Source: Camelus dromedarius (taxonomy: Eukaryota). From it: a stretch of DNA of 64,000 nucleotides. The notes beneath the pieces were generated by a model. It was given only the letters and a program-made list of their open reading frames with translations, ran no database searches and was not told the DNA's origin. Each line of letters opens with the position of its first letter. Positions within the stretch are counted from its first letter, which is position 1. The stretch covers positions 106,704,001-106,768,000 of the forward strand of contig NC_087437.1 in NCBI RefSeq assembly GCF_036321535.1. Direction: 5' to 3'. The position numbers were made by a program, and so were the translations under genes. This document shows, piece by piece, positions 37,146 to 50,835 of the stretch.

Positions 37146-37739
37146 GCAGCTGGTTTAATGCAGAAAATTTTCCAAACTAGAGCAGATTGAAATTGATGAA
37201 AACTTAGAAATAATTCTCTGTATTATATACCTTTGGCTGTTCCATTGGCTAAATTACATAGTAATTTATTAAAATTTACCAAAGCAGCTGACCTGCTTGG
37301 GAGCTCAGGTTATTCTCACATTGGATAAGTACATCTTTCCCTGTTTCCATTCTCTGTGGCTAGAGCTGACAATTGAATGCTGAAATTTATTTCTCTTGTA
37401 GATTTGAATGTACAGGTAATACTCTGGCTAGGATTAAGTGCTGTGTGCTGTCTTGCCAGGGACTGAACCCAATGAACTTGTCTGTTTCTGTAAGCTGTTC
37501 ACAGTTAGTTTGGAATTCCATAAAACTAGAAGACAAAGCACCAGATTTTACTCATTTATCTTCTTTTTACATCAACTTTTTAGTGTCCAAGAGATCATCA
37601 TGTTTATGGAAGGGCACGAGGCGTGTAATTTGGGTTTAGTTGAAGAAGTTTGTCATTTTTGCACTGTACCTTATAACTGAAATGTTCAGACTCTGGTCGT
37701 GGAACAGAATTTACCATGACGTTGGTCCAATTATCAAGT

Positions 37740-38020
37740 TTGAAAGAAAGGCCACCTCATCAGAGAGATCTTCCAGATTATCCTCTAAAATGTCTACTCT
37801 CTGCTATCTATCATTCTCTAGCTCCCTCTTCATAGTTCTTTCACACAACTACCACCATTCATAGTTATCTAATTATTTGACATTTTGTTGGTTTGTTTTT
37901 CTGTCTACTTCACCTGAATGTAAGCTCCTTAATGTAAGCAGGGATCATACTTGTCCTGTGCCTAGTGGCCCTCCTCATGCCCAGCACAGTGCCTGGAATG
38001 ACATGTGTATTATTTGAAGG
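37740..38020 (+). mobile_element. L2 3' fragment
   Basis: gaatgtaagctcctt...cagggatcatacttgtc...cccagcacagtgcctgg. Confidence 0.65.
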
Positions 38021-38480
38021 AAGCACCATTATAATTTAAACATTTACATTAAGAACCATATGTGTTAATTACCCAACTCATACTTTTTTAAACCTTGGTT
38101 GTAAGATAAAAGAAACAAGTGACACTGTTTTTTCTTTCTTGCTAAAAACAGACTGTTACTGCATTCCTTCTAGAGGCCCCATCAAAAGTACTTTCAACAT
38201 ACACCTAGTTAATTAGAAGTGACCCCAACTTTTTGGTAGTGACAGTGGTTATAGTGTCAGAACAGAAGTACAGATGACTCTAAAACATTCACGATGAACC
38301 AACTGTCTGGGACTCATGGGCACTGGTGTACAGGCATGACAAACTTTCCTGATTCTGAAGGAAATCTGTAACTTGGAATCTGCTCAATAAAATATTGCTC
38401 CGCTGTATAGGCTAACTTGTGGGGATGTGTTTGTATGGGTGTATTTGTGTGATTAAGATTATGTGAAGAGAGATGAAAAG

Positions 38481-38852
38481 GTCACAAGCTGAGTGGCTTA
38501 AACATAGAAATTATTTCTCACATTTCTGGAGGCTAGAAGTTTGATCAAGGTGTCTGCAAGTTTGGTTTCTTCTGAGAGCCATGAGGGAAGGATCTGTCCC
38601 AGGCTTCTCTCCTTGACTCTTAGATGGTCTTCTGCCCTTGTCTTTACATCTCCTTCCCTCTACCTGTCTCTGTGTTTAGATTCCTCTTCTTATAAGGACA
38701 CTGGTCATATTGAATTAAGGCCCACCTGCATGGCCTTATTTCAATTGAATTATCTCTTTAAAGACTATTTCCATATACAGTCCCATTCTGAGGTACTGGG
38801 GTTAGGACTTCAGTGTATGAGTTTTGGGGAAAACACAATTCAGCCCATGACA
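38481..38852 (-). mobile_element. MLT1A/B-like MaLR LTR
   Basis: gagtggcttaaac...ttctggaggctagaagt...tcttataaggacactggtcatattg...acacaattcagcccatgaca. Confidence 0.85.
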
Positions 38853-39309
38853 GCCGGTCTCCAGCAGAGTCATCCCTCTTGATATCGTGGAACCAGGGCC
38901 ACAGAGCATCAGGGCCATGGCCCCATCAGCATGAGGAGTTCATCTAAGCAAGTGGATCCGGGCTGAGACTCTAAGTCCTACGAGTTCACAGAGACAGGAT
39001 CTTCTCAAAACCCTGCTGAGTTTCCCAAATCTGCTTATCTGGTCCTTCCAGTTGGTTCCTGAATGCACATCCAGTTGCCCTATATCTTCGTCTGCACGGG
39101 TGGTGACTGGATATTCTGCTTAGCTCTTGACAACCTTCTTTCCTTTGGGTGGAGGCTCTCACCAGGGGATCATCAGAATCACTTCACCGTTCTTCACTTC
39201 TAGAGCTTCTTCCATAAAGAGGAAAAAGAACAGGTATATTTCCAGTAAAACAAACAAAAAACATCAATTGAATCTTACTTTATCACCTCCCTAAGCAATA
39301 ATAAAATAA

Positions 39310-39515
39310 TAATGATAATACCATTTATTGACTATTCACTAAATTCCAAGCATAACTCTAACCAGGTAGATATCACTTCTATCCCTGCTTCTCAGATAAG
39401 GAAACTAAGTCTCAGGATGCCGGAGCAGATTATTCACTAGTCACACAACTAGTAAATGGTTGGCATAGCACTTGAACTTGGTTATGCCTGAAACTTGAGC
39501 ACACTTTGCTATACT
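39310..39515 (-). mobile_element. MIR SINE
   Basis: ccatttattgactattcact...cagataaggaaactaagtctcag...gtcacacaactagtaaatgg. Confidence 0.65.
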
Positions 39516-40966
39516 GTTAGCTTTTCACTCCAAACTTACATCTATAACCAGTAGTCTCTTAACTCGGGTAGGCTGGTTTCTGGCCGCCTTCCCCATTTTG
39601 CGAGACCATTTGGAATCCCAGGATGTCTTGAGGAAAATGCCTCGTGATAGGACACAGCTGCTGGCCTCTGTGAAAGTTCCCGCCCTCAGCCTGCTTTCCC
39701 CCTTTACGTCCTTGCATCTGCTTCACTGCGTCTTGTCCCACTGCCTGTCCTTTCCATTTTAAACGCCATCTTCTAAAACACCGATCAGATTGTCAAGAGA
39801 ACTAAAATTTTCATTGGCAAAATAATCAATGAGTATTTTGTGCTATAATCTAAAGTGCTCCCAATAGTCAACTCTTAGGAAAATCTGGCTCTTAATGCAG
39901 ACATGGTATTTGTAGCCCAAAATCTGCCCAATTACAGTACTGGTCATAGAAAAACCTTTTTAAGTCCACACCTCATAATATGCTATTGCGGGAAAATGCT
40001 TCTTACCAATTTTCATAAAATCTTGTCTTTTGCACAACAATAAAAGGCAGTTCTCCATTTCCATGCGTCTATTTAACAAATTGAAATTCCCTTTTTAAGT
40101 CTGAGAGGATAAAAGAGCAGTTTAGGATATTTGGTTTGGGAAATATCTCCTACCCTGTTGTTGAAAGCCAAGTTGTTTCTTATGCAGTAACTACAAACGC
40201 ATCCCATTCTATGCATAGAAAAATAGTGGTGTGAAAATCAAATTTTTGTAAGTGGAATTACGTTTGAAATACACAATGCCCATAATTACTTATAGGAGGT
40301 TTTTTTTTTTCTCTGTTAGTAGAATATTTGTTTTATGTAAATAATGGCTCAATATTCACCAATATAAATTCGGATACTTAATTACAGTAGTGAATTTGTT
40401 TTACAAAGAAACATGTATCACGCACATATAAAGTACCTATAAAGTATGCTAATTTATAACATAATTTGGGGAAGAAAAGAAACAATGCATGTTTCTAAAA
40501 GACACTCTTATTTCTAAACTTGTAGACAGAATGTTTGGTATTCAAAAAGTGAATGTATTGAATTCTTAAAAATAATATATTATTATGGCTTACGGTGGAC
40601 CAAAGTCAGCAACCATAAAAGATGAAAACAGAAAACAGTGTTTCTTAGCTTTAGCTAGGGACCAATTTTATATTTTCAGTCAAACATTTCTATGTTTGTT
40701 CAACTTATTTCTTCAGAAGTTTCAACTTGTTTCTTAGGAAGTTTGACCTGAAGAATTTTGTCTTCTATCACATGCCATCATATTACATTGGTGTTACTGT
40801 TTAAGTGATTTTGAACCCTTTCCTTCATGAGTTAGAAGTTTAATGTCCTATTCCCTTTCTTTGAAATGGGCTTAGACTAAATGTTTTGAACTAAGACTAA
40901 AACTTTCAACACTGTATCCCACTAGTAGGGTTCTAGTTGGTTAAATAAAGGAAGAGGTGATAAATA

Positions 40967-41148
40967 CAGTTGGTCCTTGAACAGCACAGGTTTGAAATGG
41001 CTTTTTTTTCTAGAGTAAGCACTACAGTATCCATGATCTGTGGTTTGTTGAATTGCAGAGATGGAGGAACTGCAAATACATAAGGCTGACTATAACTTAG
41101 AAGTTATATGGAGATTTTCAACCCCTGCAAAAATTCAGTTGTCAACTG
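40967..41148 (+). mobile_element. Tigger2/MER8-like MITE
   Basis: TA-cagttggtccttgaacagcacaggtttgaa ... gtcaactg-TA: TIRs with TA duplication. Confidence 0.75.
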
Positions 41149-41359
41149 TATAGTCTTGTTACCACAGCAAATCTTTTTTATTATATGGAGTCTGATTATG
41201 AAGGTCAAATCAGGTAAAAAAATTAAAACTTCTTTTGTATCTGGAAAACACAAAGCAAACATACACTTTTGTTGTTCTTAACTGATTAGAGAGTATATGT
41301 TATATTATCTTAACTTCATTATAATGGGAATTTGCATTCATTTTAGTCTATATACATTT

Positions 41360-41865
41360 TAGTGGGTTGAATTTTGAGGTAGCCTCCAAAAGATATATCC
41401 ATGTCCTAAAACCGAGAACCTGTGAATGTGGCCTTATCTAGAAAGAGGATGTTTGCAGATGTAATTAAGTTAATGGTCTCTAGATCACTCTGGATCTAGA
41501 TGAGATTATCTGGGTGTGCCCCAAATCCATGACAAGTGTCCTTGTATCTGACGGGATTGGGGCATGTTCAGGATGGTATGGCCACAGACAAACATCCTTG
41601 TATCAGAAGAAAAGACACAGGACTCAGAGAAGGCCATGTGAGGACAGTGGTAGAGATTGGAGAGATGCAGCCACAAGTTAAGGACCACCTGGAGCCACTA
41701 GAAGTTGGAAGAGGCAAGGAAGGAGTCTCCCCTAGAGCTTTCTGAGGGAATACAACCCTGGATTTCTGACTTCCGGTCTCCAGAACTTTGAGAGAATAAA
41801 TTTCTGTTGTTTTGAGCCATCAAATTTGTGACAGTTTATTATGACAGCCCCAGGAAACCCATACA
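41360..41865 (+). mobile_element. MLT1C-like MaLR LTR
   Basis: gaacctgtgaatgtggcctta...tttgcagatgtaattaagttaa...gaagttggaagaggcaagga...gagaataaatttctgttgtttt. Confidence 0.85.
41549..41589 (-). pseudogene. 3'-truncated 5S rRNA retrocopy (first about 40 nt)
   Basis: Reverse complement GTCTGTGGCCATACCATCCTGAACATGCCCCAATCCCGTCA aligns to the 5S 5' end GTCTACGGCCATACCACCCTGAACGCGCCCGATCTCGTCT; TSD core tccttgtatc on both sides. Confidence 0.88.
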
Positions 41866-42054
41866 CACATCATATAAGCAGAGACCAATAGGCTAAGGAA
41901 AATAAAAATGCTCCATTGTTGGTTCTTCATGCTGGACCATGAGGAGGGAAATAAGCCATTAGGAAGTTCATCTCTTGCATTCTCCACTGAAAAGAGGACT
42001 CTGGTAAGTCTTTCACCTACCTCTGCCACCAAGATGTAAAATCCTCAGTTGTTA

Positions 42055-42920
42055 ATTTTTATTGAGGTATACAGCATACACCCTATAAGATATCGCAATG
42101 TCAAGTAATATATTTTTACATGTATGTTTATATATTAATGTGCTTTGAATTTCTACACACACACAAATTGTGTAACTGTAACCACTACCCAGAAGAAGAT
42201 ACAGAACGCGTCCAGCAAACCAGAAGGATCCCTTGTGTCCCATCCTATCAAAACCCACCTATCCACAATTCCCTCCCAAAATAAATATTCTGACTTTTTC
42301 AAGACTAATTTGTTTTACCAGTTATTAAACTCTAAAAATGTTTTAAAGAAAGATGTTTTATAAAAACCTTCTAAGAACGTAGGTTGTACTCAATTCTGTC
42401 GTTTTCCTCGTGACTATTGTCGTTAAACATCCTTCATATTCATTGTATTAAGCAATAGTTCTTTTTCCTTTTAACTGCTATGTATTTATTCTACTGCTGA
42501 TGGACATTTGTGTTGTTAGGTTTTGGTAACAATGAAGAAAGTTGCTAAGAATTCTTGTTTTGTTTTGTTTTTTAGTGGGCATATGCATTCATTTCTCTTG
42601 GATATATATGTAAGACTGGAATTATTTGGTCATAGTAGGCATATAGTTTTAATAGATACTATCAAGTACTATTTCGAAGCAAATTTATTGTATCAATTCA
42701 CACTCTTACTAACAATCTATGAGAGTGCAGTGCACTTGCTCCCTGTCCTTGCCAACACGTAACAATTGTTAGCCTTTTTCGTTGTTGTCATTCTGGTAGG
42801 GGGTTGGTGGTATCTCGTTTAGGGTTTTAATTTGCACTTCCCTGTTGAGTAATGATGCTGAGCATATGCTTGTTGTCAGTTTTGATAGCCTTTTTCATGA
42901 AACACCTTTCAAAGTTTTTG
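42055..42920 (-). mobile_element. Old L1M 3' fragments
   Basis: tttttattgaggtata...gtaaccactacccag; ctgctgatggacatttg...gttttaatttgcacttccctg. Confidence 0.75.
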
Positions 42921-45900
42921 CCCTTTAAATTTGCCTCCCTTTTTTGAATTAAAAAATTTTTTTTCTATCTGTATTTGGTCAAGTTAGGGGCAGAAAAGTC
43001 ACTCTTTCATGGACAGAATTTAATTTTTTGTGTATTGATTTATTCCTAGAGAGCTTTAAACCTTGCTGCACTTCATACACACTGTGTATATACTTTGTGT
43101 TCAACTTTATACACACTGTGGATTTTGACTCCGGTTCTTCAGTTTTCCTATCTTAATTTTAGTCCCCCAAATGCTTATTGTTATATAGTTTTTTATCAGA
43201 ATGCACAGTCTTTTGGATGGGTATATAAATTATATATTCCTGTAGGTCAGTTATTAATTAAATATTAATTTACATTAATATACTTATATTATTTAATAAT
43301 TAATATTATAGCAATAATATTATAATAATGAGAGAATAGAATAAATAATTTATATTGCAGTTGGACACCCAAGATTAGTGGTAGAGTCCCCCAGCCACTC
43401 AGATTTCCATTTTTCATTCAGTTGTATTTTGTGACCTCTGTAGAGAATGTTTCATATTTTTCTACTTTCAAATTGTTCTTGATTTATTTTCTTAACACAC
43501 CATAAATGTTATTAGAGAAAAAAAAAACATTGTAAGTAATTAAGAGAATAAACTGTTTCTTGATGTGAGAATATCATGGTGTGTATTTCTGCCCTGGAGC
43601 CAAGAGACCCATCGACTGTTGAAAATAATGTGTTCACAACATTCAATGTTATGTATTATAGAAAAATAAACCTCTGAGGAATAAATAATTTTCTTTTAAG
43701 ATTAAAATGCTTCATCTTCCTAATTAAAAATGTTGTTACTAAAAAGCCAAATTGCTTAGCTTCTGGATTTCTGGTGTTGTTTTGTTGTTTTAATGGGAGA
43801 AAAAGAGAAATTGCCCAACGTTGGTTTAAGCAGATGGCCTTATCTTGGAAACAGTCATAAGATTTTAATAGAAAGTGTAGAACATTAAAAATAGTATTTT
43901 AGGTTCTACTTTCTTGGGCTTGGTTAGAGGACAGAACAATTACACAGTGGTTTTATGAGCACTCCTGATGTGTAATATTTATTTTTATTTGCTCTTCATT
44001 TATATTTAGTGCATGTTGTAAAACTGCGCAAGGCTATCAAGTAACTTTAGAAGTTATAACGGGAAACAGTTCTTAATGAAGATTTTTTTTTAAAAGATTC
44101 ACTTTGAAGAGTATTAAAGATACATTCAGCTGAGTAGAGCAGCCTCTATGCATCATAGATTTAACTCAGACACATGATAAAACCTTTCCATGTGCTTGCA
44201 GAAATAACACAAAGATCAATAACCTGAAAGGAGCTGGAGGAATGAAAACACATGGTAGATGGGGCTCATTTTGTATGAGAAAAGAGAAGGAATATTTAAA
44301 GCTTAGTGACAGATTAATGTGGTCTGCTTTACATTTTGCCTGCTATATTACCAGAGAGTTGCATCTATTCCCAGAATTTTAATCAAAGCCACTGAAGGAG
44401 AAAAGTGGACATTCAGAAAAAGGAACCTAGCGAATGACTAAGGACTTTCAGCAAAATAATATATTCTCAGTGGTCTGTTATCTCTCTCTATTATAAGGAC
44501 CTTATCTTTGAGTTTTGTTGGGCAACTATATACCTACCCAGCCTGTGAAGTTATGATAAATGATGATAACATCATGATACCAAGAAAACTTTCCTAATTT
44601 TTACCTTTGGAAAATGTTGGGATATAGAACAATAGAAAAACTCATCTTTGATATATTTGGCATTGTGAAAATACACAGTTAGTGGAAATCACTCTAACGA
44701 GGTATTTAAAAGTGACATATCGACCTCATGGATATGTGCATGTCAAACATGAAAAAAGAATAATCTTCAGTGTAATGGTTGTTCCTAGTGATAGCATGGG
44801 TTGAGGCAGTTGGTCTGGTGGGTGTGTGAGTGTCTTCTGCCTCTGTCATAGCCCCACGTGTCCTTCCCAAAGCTTTGCAAGAGGTATCAAGAGCTATATG
44901 AGAGGACCCTTGCAAGATAAAGCAGGATGGTTCTTTGGTCCAGGCTGAATAGCTGGGGCAAACTCAAATGCCTTACAGGGATGGGGCAGGCTGAGTCTAC
45001 CAACTCAAACTGAGTGACAAGTAGCAAATAACACAGATCTCAGAGTCAAGAAGAAACCAGAGAGCTCATGCTTGCTTAAAGGGCAGGAATTATCCAACTC
45101 CAGTCAATTGCATGAAGGTCTATTGTTGCAGTTTGATAATTGTATTTTAGAAATAAAATCACCATGACTTTCACAATGGATAAAATTAGAACCGAATTTG
45201 TGAAACCCCAGGAGGGTGTTGTACTTGTTAAAAGTGTTATTGCTTTATTGATCAACCATGTGGGTAGACTAGCCACGTTTTTCGGTACAGTTATACCTAC
45301 TGTCAAAGTTGAGGTCGTAAAGCTGATATCATAGCCTTGGTTCAAATGTATTCCTTTGGAGAACATTAATTGAAGGAGTACCTACTATGAGTCACAAAAC
45401 TGGAAGAATTACAAAGATGAATAATATGCATTATCCATCTTCAAATTCTAGTACCAGTGGATACAATTTAAATGCAGTCAGGAAAGAAAGGTCATATAAT
45501 TTAACATGTTTCATACAGTAATTACATTGTACTTTGGACAGACTGATTTCAGTATTTAATTTGGTTTCTAACTAGGTGACAATTCTAAAAAACTAAATAT
45601 TTTCTCTCAGTTTTAACCCTTGCATTTCTAATTTCTTATGCACTGTCAATGTGAAATTATAATACTGACTCCAATTATGCTCAGTGCTGGAGTGCTTACA
45701 TATTGAATAACATTTAGATTAAGAGGTTACATTAGAAGTTCCAAGGAAAGTATACAAGCACGTTGTAAATGTAAGATAAAAAAATATCAGGAGCTAAATA
45801 CAGTTATCATTTTTTCTCGGTCATTGCCTTTTTCCTGACTCTAAAGTGAGTAGCAACAAACATCCCTTCCGGTCTTGACTAGGGTGAGGAGTAGATTGAG

Positions 45901-47659
45901 AATTTTAGTTCTACCTGGAAGTAGAATGTGATATAATTATTACAGACCCTGTCCTGGTAATCTTTGTGTTTGGACAGCTTGTGTATCCCTCTGTTGAGGT
46001 AGCCCAGGTCGTGGGGTTGGGTCTGTAACCTGTGTCTTTAGCCCTCCAGTTTCCTGTGGTGCTTGGCAACCAGTCCGAATTCCAGTCTGTGAGGCCAAGT
46101 CCCCGATGCTGCCTTCATGATGCTGTAGCGTCCTTCCTGGACTGTCAGCTACTTGACTGTCATCCCTCCTTGAACATCATCAGGAGCTAGTCTTGTCACC
46201 ACTTATGCCCCTGTTGGTCCATCCCGTCCTTTGGACTGGATTTCTGAAGCAGTCATTCTGTGTGAACCAGGCTTTCTTCGCTACATGACCCTAAACAAAA
46301 TATATTAATTTGTTGGTTACTCCTACAACAAAGTTGCATATCCAGTGTTTCAACTGTGGACTTTTCTTCTCTCCCTCTCTAGGTGATAGTGAGGTCCTAG
46401 TGTTTTGCAGTGGAGGCAGAGACTCGGCAATATTTGCATAACAGTCTAGAGTTTTGAAAGTTCTTTAGTATCAGAATTTGAATCCCAGAACTACCAGCCA
46501 AGTGCGCCTCCCAGAATATCATATAGTCTCACTTCCACTGGACTGTATTAGAAAAATAAGCATCATCACAAGGTCAAATTTATTTGAGAGGAAAAATAAT
46601 TATTAGAAAAAATTATTTTTTCCCTTGTTTACATCAAAATGATCTCCAGCCATCCATGAAATATGCTATAGAATTAATTTTAGAATGAAAAAAAAATGTG
46701 TCTTGGTTTTAATGGCCTTCTTGGCAATAACATGTCTCCATTGGGAAAATCTGAGGTTGGATACACAGTTGCTACAAGTATCGCCATTTTGGAACTTGTC
46801 AATATGTTGCACGCTGGCGTCATCACGGTAGGACTCACATTTCTTATTCCTTTTGTTGTTCCTTTTTAAACAACTTCCTGTCTCATGATAAGATGGTTGT
46901 TATGGGCTTTGAAGCATGAATTGAAGACCTTACAAATTATTATTATGCTTTTAACTGAGAAAGGAAAAAAGTGGAAAGTGTGGAAAAAAACAGGTAACTA
47001 TTTTTGGGAGCCTTAGCTTTGTAGCACTGCTTCTGGCTAATTCAAATAATCTACAATAAGACTGAGTTACCAAGCGAGCCCTTCTCTGGCACACAGGGGG
47101 AGTGATTAAGGTGATTAACTAGAGGCATTTTCCTAGGATTGTATTCTTGGCTCCAGCATAGATTTTATTGAATTCCCTTCCCAAGCCACTGTCCACTGTG
47201 TTATGAACATACATCACTTGCCGTAGCGAGGCAACTGTGAAATGCAGCATAGTGTCTACTCTGCTGAGGGAAAAAAATTGTTTTCAGACCTCTTATTTTA
47301 TATTCTTATGACTTTTGCACAAAAACATTCTATACTCCCTGGAAGTTATAGTTTCTCAGTTTCATTTTCAGACCCAGGAGATCTCTTTTTCTCACACTGA
47401 TACAATTATGTTCTGCATTCTGAAGATTATTTCATGTACTGCCAACTGGTCTTTAAAATACATCCTTTAAATCCTGATCTTTCTTGAATAATGTCATTTC
47501 AATCCTCAGCATTATTAATGACTGAAATAATAAAAGGTATTTGCCTGAAAATAAGTTATATTTGAAGGCTACTTGATGTGTGCATATGGTATGAGCTGGT
47601 ATTTTTAAAATGTGGTACATTTATATGCACATAAGTGAAAATTTGTGAAACTAGCTGCA

Positions 47660-48300
47660 TTTGTAAGGATAGGATGGATTATGCTGCAGTAACAAATGAG
47701 CTCTGAAATCTGTTTCAGATACACAACAAAGGTTAAAGATGGAAAGAGATTTATGTAATGATTACACCAAGACTGCTAAGGTTCAGGCAACTCTCCAGGG
47801 CAGCTCCTATCTATGTGACTGATGACTCAGGAACCCAGTTCATTTGCTTCTTGTGGTTCTTCTGTTTCAACATATGGTTTCTACAGTTGCTTCCTAAAGA
47901 GAAAAGATGCTTTTGAGGGCCACAGTTTGGAAGTGACCTAAATTACTTCCAATTAAATTTCATCACCTAGAACACTATTGGCATTCGGGGCTGAATAATC
48001 TTTTGTTGTTGGAGGGCTGTCTTGTTCTTAGTGGGATGTGTAGCAGCATCCCAGCTCCTTACATGAGATGCCAGTAACACCACCTAAAGCTGTGATAACC
48101 AAAGATGTCTCCAGACAGTAGTACTGAGTGTCCCCTGGCCAAGTGGGTTGGGGGGTAAGGGAGAAAATTGCTCTTGGTTATAAACCATTGAACTAGAACT
48201 AGTCATTTAGCTCTAACTGCAGGATTGTTGAGAAAAATGGTCTTGTGTTTATAGGAAAGAAAGGAGAACCAGACGTGGACATGCACTGGTGGTCTGTAAT
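47660..48300 (-). mobile_element. Old MLT1 LTR split by MER20
   Basis: ggattatgctgcagtaacaaa...acaacaaaggtt...gaagtgacctaaattacttcc; resumes with ctagaactagtcat. Confidence 0.5.
47972..48190 (-). mobile_element. MER20
   Basis: cactattggcattcggggctgaataatc...agcagcatccc...gatgtctccagaca. Confidence 0.8.
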
Positions 48301-48909
48301 ACATTAGCTCATGGAAATAGAGAAATTTCAAAGTTTTATTATGTATCTAAACGTATATGACAACGTTAATATGTTTCAATTTCAACATGGAACAAGTAAT
48401 ACTGCATGTTCAAAGTAAATGTAACAATTCTTAAGTGCTTATTAAATATTTACTAAACTATTAAAAACAGTGAAAATACATTGAAAGAATTATTAAAATG
48501 AGTTGAAATTATAATTATTGTATTTGATGTGAGACTTAAAATTAGCTATAATGTAAATATGAGTGTTAAGACAAATTAGTGTTACTGTGAAAAGTTGTTT
48601 AGCATCTCTGAGCATATGTTTAATGTTGAAGATAATTTCTTTTTTAGACAGAATAACCATTTCTAGGATAGACTTACTAAGTGTATAGTTGCTCACACAT
48701 GTTGAGACCTTGGTAATTTGCTTCGTAAATGCGTTGCTAAATTGTATGTATTTGTCATGGAATAATGAATAGATATTAGTCATAGGCCCATTAGTCAGAA
48801 TGCTTCCAGATACAGGGATAAAAAGCTGGTAGAACCATCTTCTAAGAGGAAGAGAAAGAGAGAGGGGGGGAGAGAGAGAGAAATATTGATTTATTAGAAG
48901 GAATATTTG

Positions 48910-49272
48910 TTGTACAGTAACAAAGGTTTGCTCCTTGTTTATATTACATTCTGGGTGTGGCTCTGTTTCACACACCTTCTCATTCTAGGGCCTGGACTGA
49001 AGGAGCAGCCCTGATTTCAATCTTATGGAAGAAGAAAGAGATAATTGTAGAATGAGGTGGTGGCTCTTAATGTGTCTGCTTGGATGTATCATAAGTTACT
49101 TCTGCTCATATTTTGCCAGTTAAAGCAAGCCACATGGCCAAGGCAATGGAATGGGGGAGGGAAGTATCACCTCCCACAGGGAGATACTGCAAGTGACATG
49201 ACCGAGGACGGGACAGAGTCCTCTTACAGAGAGGGCAGCAGATCATGGTGAACATTAATAGAATCTACCACA
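48910..49272 (-). mobile_element. MLT1 LTR fragment
   Basis: ctgaaggagcagcc...acttctgctcatattttgccagttaaagcaagccacatggccaag...tctaccaca. Confidence 0.65.
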
Positions 49273-50488
49273 GATGTTGAGATGAGTCACTGAACACTGA
49301 GACAGATCTAGAACTGGGGGCAGAATTGTAACCATCTCTGCTTCTTTCTGTCTTAGCTATATTCTTTCCAACTATAATGTTGGATGAAATCAAGAGCAGT
49401 CCTAAGTTTACATTCCTCTTATTAGCAACAAAAAGGAGAAGGACTTGTCTGTAGGAATTAGTTCTGAACCTCCCTCATGGGCTGCTTTGTCAGAAGGAGC
49501 TTTCAGTTTACAATAATATGGCTGTTTGGCCATGTGTCCACTCTATGTGGTTAAAAGTGGAGCACTGAAATTCCAGCTTGTCCATAATCATGTCTTGGAT
49601 AAGGGAGGGGTACTTCCCTAAAGGAGGACAGGGGATGCTGTTGCTAGAAGCAAGTACAGGTGCTGGGAAGACCAGAAAAGATGCCCACTGTGCACAGAGA
49701 TGACATTACTGAAATGTGGTAAGCCAGAATATAAAGAAACAATATAAAAAGGTGAAATTTTCCATCTTCATTTAAATTTACCTCCTTAGTCCTGTAGTTA
49801 CACAAAAATCTTTGCCACAATCAAGGGGTAAAGGTTACAGAGAACTCAAAAATCAATTTTGGGGAAACAATAATTCCCCACATTAATTCCTCAGGTGTTC
49901 CTTATAAACCTTTAAATAGGGATCCAGAATAATAAAAGCTTATGATTCCATTAAAGTGATATTGTTAACTTGGCAAAGATGGTAACTTCAACTTGCTTTA
50001 CTCTTGTTCCCAATTATTATTGATTTTTTTCAAAAACTCTTTTGATGTACTGAGATTCCTTAATGTAGTGAGTTGAAAAATGATCAGTGAACCAACAATT
50101 CTACATTGTAGCCATTTCTAGACGTGTCTGAGATAAAGAGGAACTCAAATTATAGTCATTGACTTTGAAGTGCTTGCAGGTTAAAAGTAGAGATAAAAGA
50201 ACTCACGTGAAGAGATAATACCAAATATCAAATACAAATACCAAGAGGATAAAGACAATGAGCTGCTCATAGCCAGGGCTCTGTCAGTAGTTGGCCGAGG
50301 TAGTGTAGAAAAATAAGAAACCAGAGATCACAGGGGCAAGGCAGGCAGCTGGAGCCAGTGTAGCATGGTGCTCATTGTGGGACAGGCTTCATTCCCAAAG
50401 CGACACGTTTTTCCAGGCAGGCAGGCGAACTAGGGTGTCAGAAGGATTTAGCTGTATGTTCTGAAAGTTTAATTTTCCATTTTAGGGC

Positions 50489-50700
50489 AGTGGTTCTCAA
50501 CCCAGGGCGATTTGGCCTCCTAGGGAGCGTTTGGCAATGTCTGGAAATCATTTGGGTTGTCACACCAAAATGGGAAGTGTAGCTACTGGTATCTAGTAAG
50601 TAGACATCACGGATGCTCACACGACACTGCACGGGATAGCCTCTCACAACACAGAATGGGCCAGCTCAAAATGTCAGTGGTGTTAAGGTTAAATCCTGCA
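50489..50700 (+). mobile_element. MER20
   Basis: cagtggttctcaacccagggcgatt...tttggcaatgtctgga...ctactggtatctag...caaaatgtcagtggtg. Confidence 0.85.
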
Positions 50701-50774
50701 CTGGAAAGTTCTGTGGAGGTGAGGTAGATCCGACTAGGGTGAAATGTAAATAAAAGAATCTGAAAAAGTACATG

Positions 50775-50835
50775 TATATCACTGCTGTACAGCCGAAACT
50801 GTCACAACAGTATCAATCAACTATACTTCAAAAAA
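50775..50835 (+). mobile_element. L1 3' tip with A-rich tail
   Basis: gctgtacagccgaaactgtcacaacagtatcaatcaactatacttcaaaaaa. Confidence 0.7.
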
